Source: a virus
Taxonomy: Duplodnaviria; Caudoviricetes
Strand: one strand, 5' to 3'
Virus record (IMG/VR): IMGVR_UViG_3300046170_000133
Coordinates: 1 to 62,035 of that record
DNA length: 62,035 bases
A program made the translations under genes and the position numbers. Under the pieces are notes generated by a model that was given only the letters and a program-made list of their open reading frames with translations, made no database searches and was not told the DNA's origin. Of the stretch, positions 49,925-58,778 are shown piece after piece (position 1 is the first letter of the stretch; each line of letters opens with the position of its first letter).

Positions 49925-50143
49925 TTACTCCTTTGTTTTGTTGTTGCTTTCCTCTAATGTCTTAGAGTATCCAAACTTTGGTTCAGTCAAAACCTTGTGA
50001 CCATACATCTCCGAAAACTTACGCTTCGCTATGATTGAGGTCAAAGGTTTCTCTCCATTCCCAAGTCTTTCTTTTGTGTTCAAACCAAACCATGTAGAAA
50101 AATTATCTGAGTATGGCTTGGAATCGTTGTAGTTAAACTCCAT
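49925..50143 (-). CDS. Hypothetical protein
   Basis: ATG at 50143 directly after a palindromic motif copy. Confidence 0.55.
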   Translation of the reverse strand: MEFNYNDSKPYSDNFSTWFGLNTKERLGNGEKPLTSIIAKRKFSEMYGHKVLTEPKFGYSKTLEESNNKTKE

Positions 50144-50168
50144 AAAAATATTACCAGTTATATTTTCT

Positions 50169-50483
50169 CTAAAACGGCACATCATCGTCAGAGATTTCTT
50201 TCTTCTCTGGCTCTGGAGTTGGCTCGACTTTTGTTTCGACTTTTGTTTCTTGCTTCATAGGTAAGTCCAAGCGAGCATACTTATACTCATTGCCATTCTT
50301 ACTAGTCCTATCCCACAACGCCACACGAATGTCTGCTTCCTCGCCCTCTTGCACCCTCTTGACCAAGTCTTTTAATAGGTCTCGGTCTAGAGTTATCTTG
50401 CCAGTCCAATCAGGTTGGGTTGCACTCTTCTTATAATTGTTGGTGTATATCGCACCATCACTTTGTTTTCTTTCTTCATCCAT
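50169..50483 (-). CDS. Probable single-stranded DNA-binding protein
   Basis: QPDWTGKI, acidic DDVPF C-terminus, follows recombinase. Confidence 0.7.
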   Translation of the reverse strand: MDEERKQSDGAIYTNNYKKSATQPDWTGKITLDRDLLKDLVKRVQEGEEADIRVALWDRTSKNGNEYKYARLDLPMKQETKVETKVEPTPEPEKKEISDDDVPF

Positions 50484-51177
50484 TGCTTTTGTCCTCCAAT
50501 AATTTTGACCTAGCTTTAAAAATCTTATCTAATTCATCACGCTTCTCGTGATACCTTTCGCCAAGTATGGCTATTTTTTCCATGTTGGCTTTGTAAAAAC
50601 CTCTTAGGTCTTCAATCGTAGTCATGGCTTCTATGATTTTGCCTTGCCCTTCGACAAAGACATCTGCCCAAGCCTCGGAATATTCTTCAGTCTCTTTAAC
50701 TTCTAACTCAATCACTTCAGCAGTAACATCCTCAGTAGTTTTCTTAGGCTTTGGTTTATCCTCTGAAGCTTTATCCTTTTCTTCGTCAGGCAAGTCATCA
50801 GACATACCTCTATAAAGGTCTATGCCTAACCCAAACATCGCTATAGCTTTGACAAAACATCTTTGTTTGTTGTCATTAATCTGCCTTGCATCAGGCGAAA
50901 TAACAGCTTTGTTCTTATAATCCATGACTGGCAAGGTAGCAAATCTAGAACACTCTCCAATCGTAATAAGACAACCGACTTCTTGTGTACCATCGTCAAA
51001 TTTCTCTGGTATAGAGAAATCATATATAGCTTCTGGATAATGTTGCTGAAGCAACCACCATGCTCTGCTCCAAGATAAATAACTAAGATTCATCTTCTCT
51101 TCAACATACTCAGAAACGTCTACCTTACTAAGGGTATCCCATATCTCTTTATACGTTGGCTCTTTTTTATTGGTCAT
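50476..51177 (-). CDS. Sak-like (Rad52-family, DUF1071) single-strand annealing protein
   Basis: LSYLSWSRAW, LPVMDYKNKA, QRCFVKAIAMFGLG. Confidence 0.82.
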   Translation of the reverse strand: MTNKKEPTYKEIWDTLSKVDVSEYVEEKMNLSYLSWSRAWWLLQQHYPEAIYDFSIPEKFDDGTQEVGCLITIGECSRFATLPVMDYKNKAVISPDARQINDNKQRCFVKAIAMFGLGIDLYRGMSDDLPDEEKDKASEDKPKPKKTTEDVTAEVIELEVKETEEYSEAWADVFVEGQGKIIEAMTTIEDLRGFYKANMEKIAILGERYHEKRDELDKIFKARSKLLEDKSNG

Positions 51178-52063
51178 TTCCAATCTCCATTTTGTATTGA
51201 TCACAGAAGTCAGAGACATCACAATAGTCTTTGCACTTACGACTCTCGCCTTTAGCAAACTCTATGGTCAGTCCTTTCTCTGCACTCTTGTTAATATAAT
51301 CCTCTGCTTCCTCATTAGTTGCCAGTACACGTAAGGCTCGTACCCTTCGTGGTTTGATAACTCGATAAGCATCGGGTTGTTTCCATCGCTCAACATCCGA
51401 ACAAGGAGGAAGAGTACCTGAGATCAGATACTCGCCCTCGGCTTCTTGATGGAGGTTAACTCTTTCATAGATGAAATCTTTTTGCTCTTGCTCTGTCCAC
51501 ATCTTGATAGGTATGACAGAGATATTAGAATCAGGATAGTCTGCACCTGAGTTCTGCTTCTGCCTGAGAGACCAATCCCTATTGACTGTAATAATCTCAA
51601 GCTTCTCTAATTCTTCGTTGCGATTCTGTCTGAATAGCCATGCATAGATATTCAATTGTTGTTCCCATTCTATCTTGCCCTCGCTCATGGCTCGCATCAC
51701 AGTCCAAGCCGAGGTTACTTTTAAATCCTTGAGGGTCTTATCCTTTATCGACATCGAATCAAACTGACCGCTTATAGTCCATCCATTTATCTGAGCATAC
51801 ATTCTTTCTTCTGCAATGATATCCTCTTGACCCTCGTTAGCTTTCTCCATTACATAATGGCAAGCAGTACCTAAGAGTTTCCATATCTGGTCAGAGACAT
51901 CCAACACAATCTTATCGTCAAACTCTTTTGCTAGCACTCTCTGTCTGGGAGACTGAAGCAAACCAGTAGCACTAATCGTAGACTTACCCCTAGTGTAAGA
52001 ATCTGATTGCACAGATCGAACAATCTCTTGGGGTAAGTTTTTTGTGTTGGTTAGCTTGACCAT
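51167..52063 (-). CDS. PD-(D/E)XK Cas4-like exonuclease
   Basis: LGTACH, ISGQFD, DLKVT, QLNIY, C-terminal C..YC....FC. Confidence 0.8.
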   Translation of the reverse strand: MVKLTNTKNLPQEIVRSVQSDSYTRGKSTISATGLLQSPRQRVLAKEFDDKIVLDVSDQIWKLLGTACHYVMEKANEGQEDIIAEERMYAQINGWTISGQFDSMSIKDKTLKDLKVTSAWTVMRAMSEGKIEWEQQLNIYAWLFRQNRNEELEKLEIITVNRDWSLRQKQNSGADYPDSNISVIPIKMWTEQEQKDFIYERVNLHQEAEGEYLISGTLPPCSDVERWKQPDAYRVIKPRRVRALRVLATNEEAEDYINKSAEKGLTIEFAKGESRKCKDYCDVSDFCDQYKMEIGNDQ

Positions 52064-52087
52064 AAAATATTTAACCAGTTATATTTT

Positions 52088-52852
52088 TTACCAGTTGAAG
52101 TGTTTTCTATCTGCATCTGTGCCAAAGTGAAAGATAGCTTTCAATAATCTAGCAACACCACCAGAGTAAGATACTTTTCTAGTACCATTCAAAAGATAAG
52201 TTTCTTTACAAAGATTAAAGACAGATACGTTTCCTTCTTTCCATCTGCATAACATTTGCTTGTGTGCTTCTTTACTTCCTTTCTGGAATCCACCCACAAC
52301 ATTCCTTTCAACAACAAGATTGCCTTTGATGTTGCTCCCAAGTAAACCTATTTCATGGTAGGTATAAGTAGAAGCAAATCTATAATCAACCTTCTCAATG
52401 ACCTCTTCTTTTTCCTTGGTCTCTTGAATGTTGTTAATAACCACAGTCTTCTTCTCTATTACTGGAGTCTCTTCTGGATTATCTAAGCCATGCACAAGGT
52501 TAGCTTCTGCATCTTTCATTGCTCTAGACAGAGCAGTTTCCCTTTCTGAGTTAGGAGTCCAAGGTACTTCTTTTACTATCTGAGTCTTACCATTTGGTAA
52601 CTCAAAATAAGAAACCATCTTGTGTTTCAATTGACCCGCCCAAATTTTCCAACCATTTTGTTTGGTCAGTTCTTGACCAGTAAATGTCTTGAGTTCGTTA
52701 GTAGCAAGGTTGCCTAGAATAACTACCTCGCTTTTTCCGAAGTCTTCAAACTGCTCTTCTTTAACATTAAGCACTTTGTAAACTCCACCTCTCCCTTGGG
52801 AGTCTGCTTCTTTTCTTCTTTGGAGAAGCGAACCACTTTTGTATAGTTTCAT
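52088..52852 (-). CDS. Hypothetical protein
   Basis: 254-aa ORF. Confidence 0.65.
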   Translation of the reverse strand: MKLYKSGSLLQRRKEADSQGRGGVYKVLNVKEEQFEDFGKSEVVILGNLATNELKTFTGQELTKQNGWKIWAGQLKHKMVSYFELPNGKTQIVKEVPWTPNSERETALSRAMKDAEANLVHGLDNPEETPVIEKKTVVINNIQETKEKEEVIEKVDYRFASTYTYHEIGLLGSNIKGNLVVERNVVGGFQKGSKEAHKQMLCRWKEGNVSVFNLCKETYLLNGTRKVSYSGGVARLLKAIFHFGTDADRKHFNW

Positions 52853-52876
52853 ATGTTAAGTTTTAGTTAAAATTTA

Positions 52877-53125
52877 TTACTCAGTTCTCCAGATGCCAAC
52901 ACCATCCTCTAACTTCACAACCTTAAACTGAGTATCCAATCTCCTAGATTTGAAGCGAGTGATAGCATTCCTTATTATCTTGATCTCTTTGTCTATCTTT
53001 TTCTTAGGCAAATCAACCCCAATAAAATCTCCAATAACCATCTCTTCCAAAGGCAAATCATATTTGATAGGCTTACCTCTGACAGGCTTTGGTATTGGAA
53101 CATCCTTCTGAATTTTGTAATCCAT
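52877..53125 (-). CDS. Small conserved phage protein
   Basis: IQKDVPIP...KYDLPLEEM..GD...GIWRTE. Confidence 0.7.
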   Translation of the reverse strand: MDYKIQKDVPIPKPVRGKPIKYDLPLEEMVIGDFIGVDLPKKKIDKEIKIIRNAITRFKSRRLDTQFKVVKLEDGVGIWRTE

Positions 53126-53230
53126 GATGTCATCATATCACAAGAATCTAAAATCGGGACACTAATATGTAAAAAAAGTGTAAATAAAGTGTGTTGCCTA
53201 TGTGCAGTCAATCTGATACCATCAATGACC

Positions 53231-53486
53231 ATGGAGATTGATAAGGTAATTTACAAAAGAGTTATTGAACAAGCAGTAAGAGACCTCGCTTCCAAAGACC
53301 CCAAGAAACAAGATCAAGCAAGAGACTATTTTAGATCAGATGATTTTAGAAATCTGTCTGTAGAAGTAGGCTTTCGATTTTTATTTGGTTAAAGAAGCAA
53401 TCGAACTCCTGCTAGATTATCCTCTGGTATCTCGTAAGAAGATGGCTAATGAAATGAATAAGGTCATCAAAGAATTCTTACAGTAG
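53231..53486 (+). CDS. Hypothetical protein (probable frameshift ~53370)
   Basis: RVIEQAVRDL...ARDYFRSDDF; continues in another frame to TAG 53486. Confidence 0.5.
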
Positions 53487-53500
53487 GTACTAGATGGTAG

Positions 53501-53551
53501 TTAGTAAGTATATATTTTAGTAAGTATATAGTTAGTAAGTACATAGTAAGT
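53501..53551. repeat. Iteron-like tandem repeats TTAGTAAGTAYATA
   Basis: Copies at 53501, 53517, 53532 and partial at 53544, directly upstream of primase-helicase. Confidence 0.65.
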
Positions 53552-53571
53552 TTAAACATACATGGAGAAAA

Positions 53572-55344
53572 ATGCAAAGTAAAGAAATCAGACACCACAT
53601 TGACAACCATCCGAAGACCTCTTCGTTGGCACTAGGTCAGTACAAAATCAAGTGTCCAAGTTGTTCAGACCAAAGGCGAAAGAACAAGAATGACACCCCA
53701 TTAAGCGTAAAGATAGAAGCAGATAAAATTATTTATCATTGCTTCCATTGTGAATTGAAAGGAATAATATCTAGAACACAAGGAGAGAGACCCATGAAGA
53801 TAGTACCTACAAAAGAATCAAAACAAAAACCTATAAAAGTAGCAGAAGAAAACTCAGACAAAGCTATCGAATGGCTAGCAGGCAGAGGTATATCATGGGA
53901 GGTTGCAGAAAAACATGGCGTTGTCGCCAAGGTGAACAAGAAACATTTACCAGTCATAGGTTTTACCTTCGCCTCAGAGAATGGCTCTGATTACGAAGCA
54001 GTCAAATGGCGTAGTGCCAATGGTAAGAAAGATTTCTGGTGGGATAATAATGCTAGCAAACTGTGGGGTAATTATCTTGAAGATGAAAAGAAAGAAACGA
54101 TTGAGGATACTGTTGTAATTACTGAAGGAGAGATGGATGCTTTGGCTATAGCTGAAGCCTTTAAAGATTACAACATCAGAGTTTATAGCGTTCCGAATGG
54201 CAGTCCGAATAAGATTTCAGAAGGAAAGGTAGACCCATCTGAGGATGGTAGATTCAAGTATGTTTGGAATGATAGGGAAAAGTTAGATGGTTTCAATAAG
54301 ATTATACTGGCAAGTGATTGTGATGAAGCGGGAGATTGTTTAGTCCATGAACTAAGCAGAAGACTAGGGAAAGAGAAATGCTATCGAGTAGATTATAAAG
54401 GTTACAAAGATGCTAACGAACTCTTACTCAATACTAACGCGATAGAAGTAAGGAAACAAATACTCAATGCTCAACCAATTCCTTTGCATGGATTGAATAG
54501 CATTGATCATTATCAAGACGAATGGCAATCTCTTTATGAGCAAGGAGAACCTAGCGGAATATCTACTGGAATTAAATCTCTTGATGACATTGTTACTTTG
54601 CAGACTGGTCAACTCTATGTGCTGACTGGGTATGCAGGTCATGGTAAGTCTGCTTTCTTAGATCAATTGGTAGTGAATGCGGGTAAGATGTATGGATGGA
54701 AAACTTGCTTTGCTTCTTTTGAGAAACCGCCAACCCTTCACGCAATACAACTTGCACAAATATTAACTGGTAAGAGTTTCTACAAACCACAATATGTGGG
54801 GTCGGAAAGGATGTCGCAACACGAGAAGGATGATGCCCAAGCATGGATTACTGAACACATTTTATTTCAAGACTATATGGATGGTGGTTTGCCTACGATC
54901 TCTGCGGTCTTAGAGAAGGCGAAGCACTCTATCCAGAGGAATGGCACAAGGATTGTTTGTATTGACCCCTTCAACTTTATCCATGCAGAGAAGACGTATG
55001 CCCTTGAAACCGATATGGTTAGTGAGATGCTAACCAAGGTTCAACTCTTTGCCAAGCAACACGATGTCTTAGTTATCTTTGTAGCACATCCAAGTAAACC
55101 TATGGACAAGTCAGGTAAAGTCGTACCGAATCTACTTGACGTTGCTAAATCTATGGCATGGTCAACTAAACCAGACGTAGGTTTGACTGTCCATCGAGGG
55201 GATGATGGGGTAGAAATTCATTGCACTAAAGCAAGATGGTATTGGAATGCACAACTAGGTCGTGTTATGCTGAATTATAATCCGAGTAATGGTAGGTATG
55301 AGGAGCATACGAAAAAAGAAGATGACTTCAATTGGGAGTTTTGA
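53572..55344 (+). CDS. Primase-helicase (T7 gp4/Twinkle-like)
   Basis: CPSC...CFHC zinc finger, ITEGEMDA and DCDEAG TOPRIM, TGYAGHGKS Walker A. Confidence 0.92.
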   Translation: MQSKEIRHHIDNHPKTSSLALGQYKIKCPSCSDQRRKNKNDTPLSVKIEADKIIYHCFHCELKGIISRTQGERPMKIVPTKESKQKPIKVAEENSDKAIEWLAGRGISWEVAEKHGVVAKVNKKHLPVIGFTFASENGSDYEAVKWRSANGKKDFWWDNNASKLWGNYLEDEKKETIEDTVVITEGEMDALAIAEAFKDYNIRVYSVPNGSPNKISEGKVDPSEDGRFKYVWNDREKLDGFNKIILASDCDEAGDCLVHELSRRLGKEKCYRVDYKGYKDANELLLNTNAIEVRKQILNAQPIPLHGLNSIDHYQDEWQSLYEQGEPSGISTGIKSLDDIVTLQTGQLYVLTGYAGHGKSAFLDQLVVNAGKMYGWKTCFASFEKPPTLHAIQLAQILTGKSFYKPQYVGSERMSQHEKDDAQAWITEHILFQDYMDGGLPTISAVLEKAKHSIQRNGTRIVCIDPFNFIHAEKTYALETDMVSEMLTKVQLFAKQHDVLVIFVAHPSKPMDKSGKVVPNLLDVAKSMAWSTKPDVGLTVHRGDDGVEIHCTKARWYWNAQLGRVMLNYNPSNGRYEEHTKKEDDFNWEF

Positions 55345-55843
55345 TGGTGTCACATTTGTAAATGACATTGGGAATCCTTATCTCCACGAAAGGCAAGACG
55401 TACATATAAGAAACGTAGACAATTCTAAGGTTGGCAGAGCAATAGTCTTTGACCAACACATCATTGATAAACTCTATACCAAAGATAAGCTTGACGAAAA
55501 GCAACATAATGTTTGTGATAAATACTTATCAGTCATAGCTCGAAGCGGTGCTTTCGCCAAAGCTCCCAGCTCCATGGAGAAAATATTTGACCAGTCACAG
55601 GTTTCTGCTGATGGTTCTCGTGCCTGCATTTTATCGCAAGTTCATCGAATAATTATTAGGGAATGTGGAAGGGATTCAGAGAAGGTGTTCTGGAAAGTTA
55701 TGACTGTCAATCCTAAAGAGATTGATCAGCCACAACTTGATTCGGTAGTAGCTTGTGCGAATGCCTTGCTACAGTATTGGTATGTTAATCAGCAGAGTCC
55801 GATTTCTTTATTTCAGAAAGCTTTTGTAGACCACTCTCAGTAG
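55298..55843 (+). CDS. Hypothetical protein
   Basis: Overlaps helicase end. Confidence 0.6.
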   Translation: MRSIRKKKMTSIGSFDGVTFVNDIGNPYLHERQDVHIRNVDNSKVGRAIVFDQHIIDKLYTKDKLDEKQHNVCDKYLSVIARSGAFAKAPSSMEKIFDQSQVSADGSRACILSQVHRIIIRECGRDSEKVFWKVMTVNPKEIDQPQLDSVVACANALLQYWYVNQQSPISLFQKAFVDHSQ

Positions 55844-56123
55844 GTTCGTCATAGTCATGGTTCTCAAATTCTTCTTTGGTCATACCCATCTCTATTGATC
55901 TACCTTGATTGCCCGCAAAGTAATCTTCGTTGTCTGATGTTATCGCTTGATACTTGTCAGGCTGTTCTACAATAGGTTCGCTTTTTATTTCGTGAAGGTT
56001 TGCATACTGATGTATCATTTGTATTAATTGTTTATTTAAAGAGCGACCTTCTTTCTTAGCTATGGCATGTGCCATTTCATAAGTCTCTTGATCACATCTT
56101 ACATAAAGATTTTTCTCTGTCAT
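55785..56123 (-). CDS. Arc-like ribbon-helix-helix regulator
   Basis: NLYVRCDQETYEMAHAIAKKEGRSLNKQLIQMI; GGAG RBS. Confidence 0.75.
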   Translation of the reverse strand: MTEKNLYVRCDQETYEMAHAIAKKEGRSLNKQLIQMIHQYANLHEIKSEPIVEQPDKYQAITSDNEDYFAGNQGRSIEMGMTKEEFENHDYDEPTESGLQKLSEIKKSDSAD

Positions 56124-56137
56124 ATATTGTCTCCAAT

Positions 56138-56470
56138 TTAATTTGTTAAGTGAATTTTAGGTTTGAGAAACTCGTCATCGTCTTGCAAATCTAATGCTTC
56201 AGCATCGCCTACTTCAGCCATAGCAATAGTTTCTTTGCCAATCGCATAGTAATTATTTTCAAGCAGAGACTCGGATGCTAACTTTAAAAAGTCTTCGTTG
56301 TTCTGTAGTAGCGGGTCTTTCCTTACCACATACATAGCCAGAATGAAGGCACTCTCGTGATCAGCAACTGTCCAAACCTTATGCACCCAACGACCCACAC
56401 TTTTCTGAGAAGACTTTACCTTTGGTTCAGGTATGTCTAATTCAAAAGTGTGATGGATAACTGCGTACAT
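56138..56470 (-). CDS. Hypothetical protein, probably leaderless
   Basis: Extended -10 TGCTATAAT (56485-56477) ends 6 nt before ATG; no SD. Confidence 0.6.
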   Translation of the reverse strand: MYAVIHHTFELDIPEPKVKSSQKSVGRWVHKVWTVADHESAFILAMYVVRKDPLLQNNEDFLKLASESLLENNYYAIGKETIAMAEVGDAEALDLQDDDEFLKPKIHLTN

Positions 56471-56562
56471 CTAAACATTATAGCATCTTGAAGGTATTAT
56501 GAAAGCTTTAGGCGGGCATCAACTTAAACCAATCGAAACGTCTAGGCACAAGTCAATGCCCT

Positions 56563-56603
56563 AAAAAAAGAGGAAGGCATGACTAAATAATCGCCTTCCT
56601 CTT
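56563..56603 (-). terminator. Rho-independent terminator of the sRNA
   Basis: AAGAGGAAGGC...GCCTTCCTC + T7 on minus strand. Confidence 0.8.
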
Positions 56604-56648
56604 AATCTTTTAACTAAAACTCTATGACATGGAGGTCATTGAAGTAAT
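56563..56648 (-). ncRNA. Predicted trans-acting antisense sRNA
   Basis: Own promoter and terminator, no ORF; GACCUCCAUGUCAUAGAGUUUUAGUUAAAAGA is complementary to RBS regions at 811-837, 2035-2062 and 52859-52872. Confidence 0.7.
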
Positions 56649-56654
56649 ACAAAC

Positions 56655-56713
56655 ATTGTACTTTATTCACAAGTTATCCACAACTATAAATTTCTATCAA
56701 CAGGATATCCACA
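56655..56713 (-). promoter_or_regulatory. sigma70 promoter overlapped by DnaA boxes
   Basis: TTGTGG-N17-TACAAT (56683-56655); boxes TTATTCACA 56663, TTATCCACA 56674, CTATCAACA 56694, ATATCCACA 56705, all co-oriented. Confidence 0.7.
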
Positions 56714-56895
56714 GGCAAACCTGTAACCAGTAAATATTTTTGTAACCTATCACCAACCAGTCACCACGCATGTGTAATTGGAATACGCATCAAAAGGAAA
56801 AGTTCATGGTCTGTGACTCGCATAGAATATATAACCAGTAAATATTTTATTTTACTAGCCACTTTTTTCACAAGCAGATGCAAAAAATTTAGACC

Positions 56896-56941
56896 AAAAA
56901 AAAAGCGAAAGCCTAACCATTTCTGGATAGACCTTCGCTTT
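56896..56941 (-). terminator. Rho-independent terminator ending the ATPase/VWA operon
   Basis: AAAGCGAAGGTCTA...TAGGCTTTCGC + T9 on minus strand. Confidence 0.8.
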
Positions 56942-56958
56942 AATTTTATCTAAGTGAA

Positions 56959-57195
56959 CTAATAGTCGTGTGTATCTTCTGCCCAAGACTCATACATATC
57001 TTCTTCATACATATCGTATTTAGGATTAGTAAAAATCTCAGGTCGATAACTAGCTTTGACTTTATTAACACATTTCTCACAGACTGTTCCACAAGAAATA
57101 CCTTTTGCATCAACCAACTCATAAACGTCATTGCCTACATGATATAAGCTTCCGCATTCTAAGATTGGTTCATCTGTATCTGGATAATACTTCAT
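56959..57195 (-). CDS. Small Cys-containing hypothetical protein
   Basis: DAKGISCGTVCEKC...YRPEIF; AGGAG RBS. Confidence 0.65.
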   Translation of the reverse strand: MKYYPDTDEPILECGSLYHVGNDVYELVDAKGISCGTVCEKCVNKVKASYRPEIFTNPKYDMYEEDMYESWAEDTHDY

Positions 57196-57305
57196 ACTTT
57201 TCTCCTATTTATTATGAATTTATTAAAATTTGACCTCCATACGTGGCTTCTAAGGGCAAAACTAAGAGGGGTTGAGGGGTAAGTAACCCCCCAAATAGAC
57301 CCCTC

Positions 57306-58778
57306 TCAGAATTGTCTGGGTAATATATCCATGTAAACAACCTTGCCGAATGGCAAGTCCTCAGAGTATGAAGACTGTTCTGAACATATCCACAAGACTG
57401 GAACGTCAGGCTCAACCTCTGGGTCAACCTCTCCATAACCATCAGTAAAGACAATGATTGCATCATAGTCATCATTGTCCTCTAGCTTTTGATGAAAAGC
57501 ATTGAATGGCGGAGTGAACTCTGTGCCACCAGTACCCGCACTAGGAAACTCATCCTTGTCAGGAAGAGAATCGCCCTGAGTAGTATCCCAAGTCTCCCAG
57601 TATTCGCCATTAGCATTTCGTAAAGCAATGCTAGCGAATCTGTTGACCGCAAGAACTTCTACCTGATACTGCTCGAACAAGTCCATAGCATTAGTGACGT
57701 AGTCATCTCGCTCATGTTCAGTAGACCCCGAAACATCAACCATCATTGCTATCTTTTTGATAGAAGGCTCGCTCTTCTTAGAAGGAAGATTGATACCTCT
57801 GTGTTGGTGTCTGCGATTGAGTCGAGACCATGAGTTAGAATCAGACTTAGTCGTTGAAAGAAAGTCTGCCATTTCATCTTCCCAACTCACAGAGACTTGA
57901 GTTATCTCAGCTTCTCTGCCACCGAGATAGTCAACACCGCCACTATGACCGATACCTTTTTCGAGTTTCTGAGCAACCATGACTTGAGCATCTAGAACAG
58001 TCATCTGTTCTTTAATCTCATCATCACTTAATGCTTGCCCATCCTCATCAGTAGCGGGAAGAATCGCACCCGCAAAAGAAGGCAACTCATTCAAGTCAAC
58101 TTCTCCGCTAGCACTTTTACCACCAGTCCCATCTTTTGGATTTTCTCTTTGGTCTCCTTCCTCATCGGATTGAGACCCGCCAGAAAACTCCTGACCAGTA
58201 ATATTTTCTTCTGCGTTTTGGTTCTGATCCTCAGATTGCTGACCGCCACCCTGACTGTCTTGATCTTCTTGTTCGTCTGAATCTTCCGAGTCAGAGTCTT
58301 GATCAATCAAGTCATTCAAAGCTTCGTCATCACTCATCAAAGTAGAATAGATTTTCTCGGCTGAATCTCTACCATACTTTTGAACATCAATCAGTCCGCC
58401 TTCTGGTAAAGGCTGACGTAATACATCATAGATATAATTGTTGATTGCATAATCACAAGCAATATTCCAAAGGTTAGCATTACGTCTACCCATCCTAAGA
58501 TGATGACCCCAAACAACGTGCAAAGTTTCGTGAATGATAACCGCAGTTATCTCTTCCATAGGTAGAGATAAAACAAAGTTAGCATTGAACTTGATGACCT
58601 TGCCATCGGTAGCCATGGTGTCAAACGAATTGTCTTCGATCAACTCCAACTGCAAGAGCATGCCCGCCATCCCAACTGAAGACTCAATCAGTCTGGCTTT
58701 TGCTTTTTGCATGATGTCCATCGCTGTGTATTTCGGATTGTGATAAATCTGATCACTTAAAGTATTGTAACTAGACAT
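57306..58778 (-). CDS. Metallopeptidase + VWA domain protein (DUF2201-like)
   Basis: TMATDG, HETLH, WNIACDYAIN, acidic linker, MIDAS DVSGS, GGT.F, VFTDGY. Confidence 0.88.
   Translation of the reverse strand: MSSYNTLSDQIYHNPKYTAMDIMQKAKARLIESSVGMAGMLLQLELIEDNSFDTMATDGKVIKFNANFVLSLPMEEITAVIIHETLHVVWGHHLRMGRRNANLWNIACDYAINNYIYDVLRQPLPEGGLIDVQKYGRDSAEKIYSTLMSDDEALNDLIDQDSDSEDSDEQEDQDSQGGGQQSEDQNQNAEENITGQEFSGGSQSDEEGDQRENPKDGTGGKSASGEVDLNELPSFAGAILPATDEDGQALSDDEIKEQMTVLDAQVMVAQKLEKGIGHSGGVDYLGGREAEITQVSVSWEDEMADFLSTTKSDSNSWSRLNRRHQHRGINLPSKKSEPSIKKIAMMVDVSGSTEHERDDYVTNAMDLFEQYQVEVLAVNRFASIALRNANGEYWETWDTTQGDSLPDKDEFPSAGTGGTEFTPPFNAFHQKLEDNDDYDAIIVFTDGYGEVDPEVEPDVPVLWICSEQSSYSEDLPFGKVVYMDILPRQF

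Noticed and set aside
53501-53551. Mini CRISPR array
   Set aside because: 14-bp repeats with no spacers; the Cas4-like gene sits in a Sak/SSB recombination module
55577-55604. TGTGACTGGTCA motif as a CRP, LexA or matS site
   Set aside because: Half-site spacing and second half do not match TGTGA-N6-TCACA, CTGT-N8-ACAG or GTGAC-N3-GTCAC
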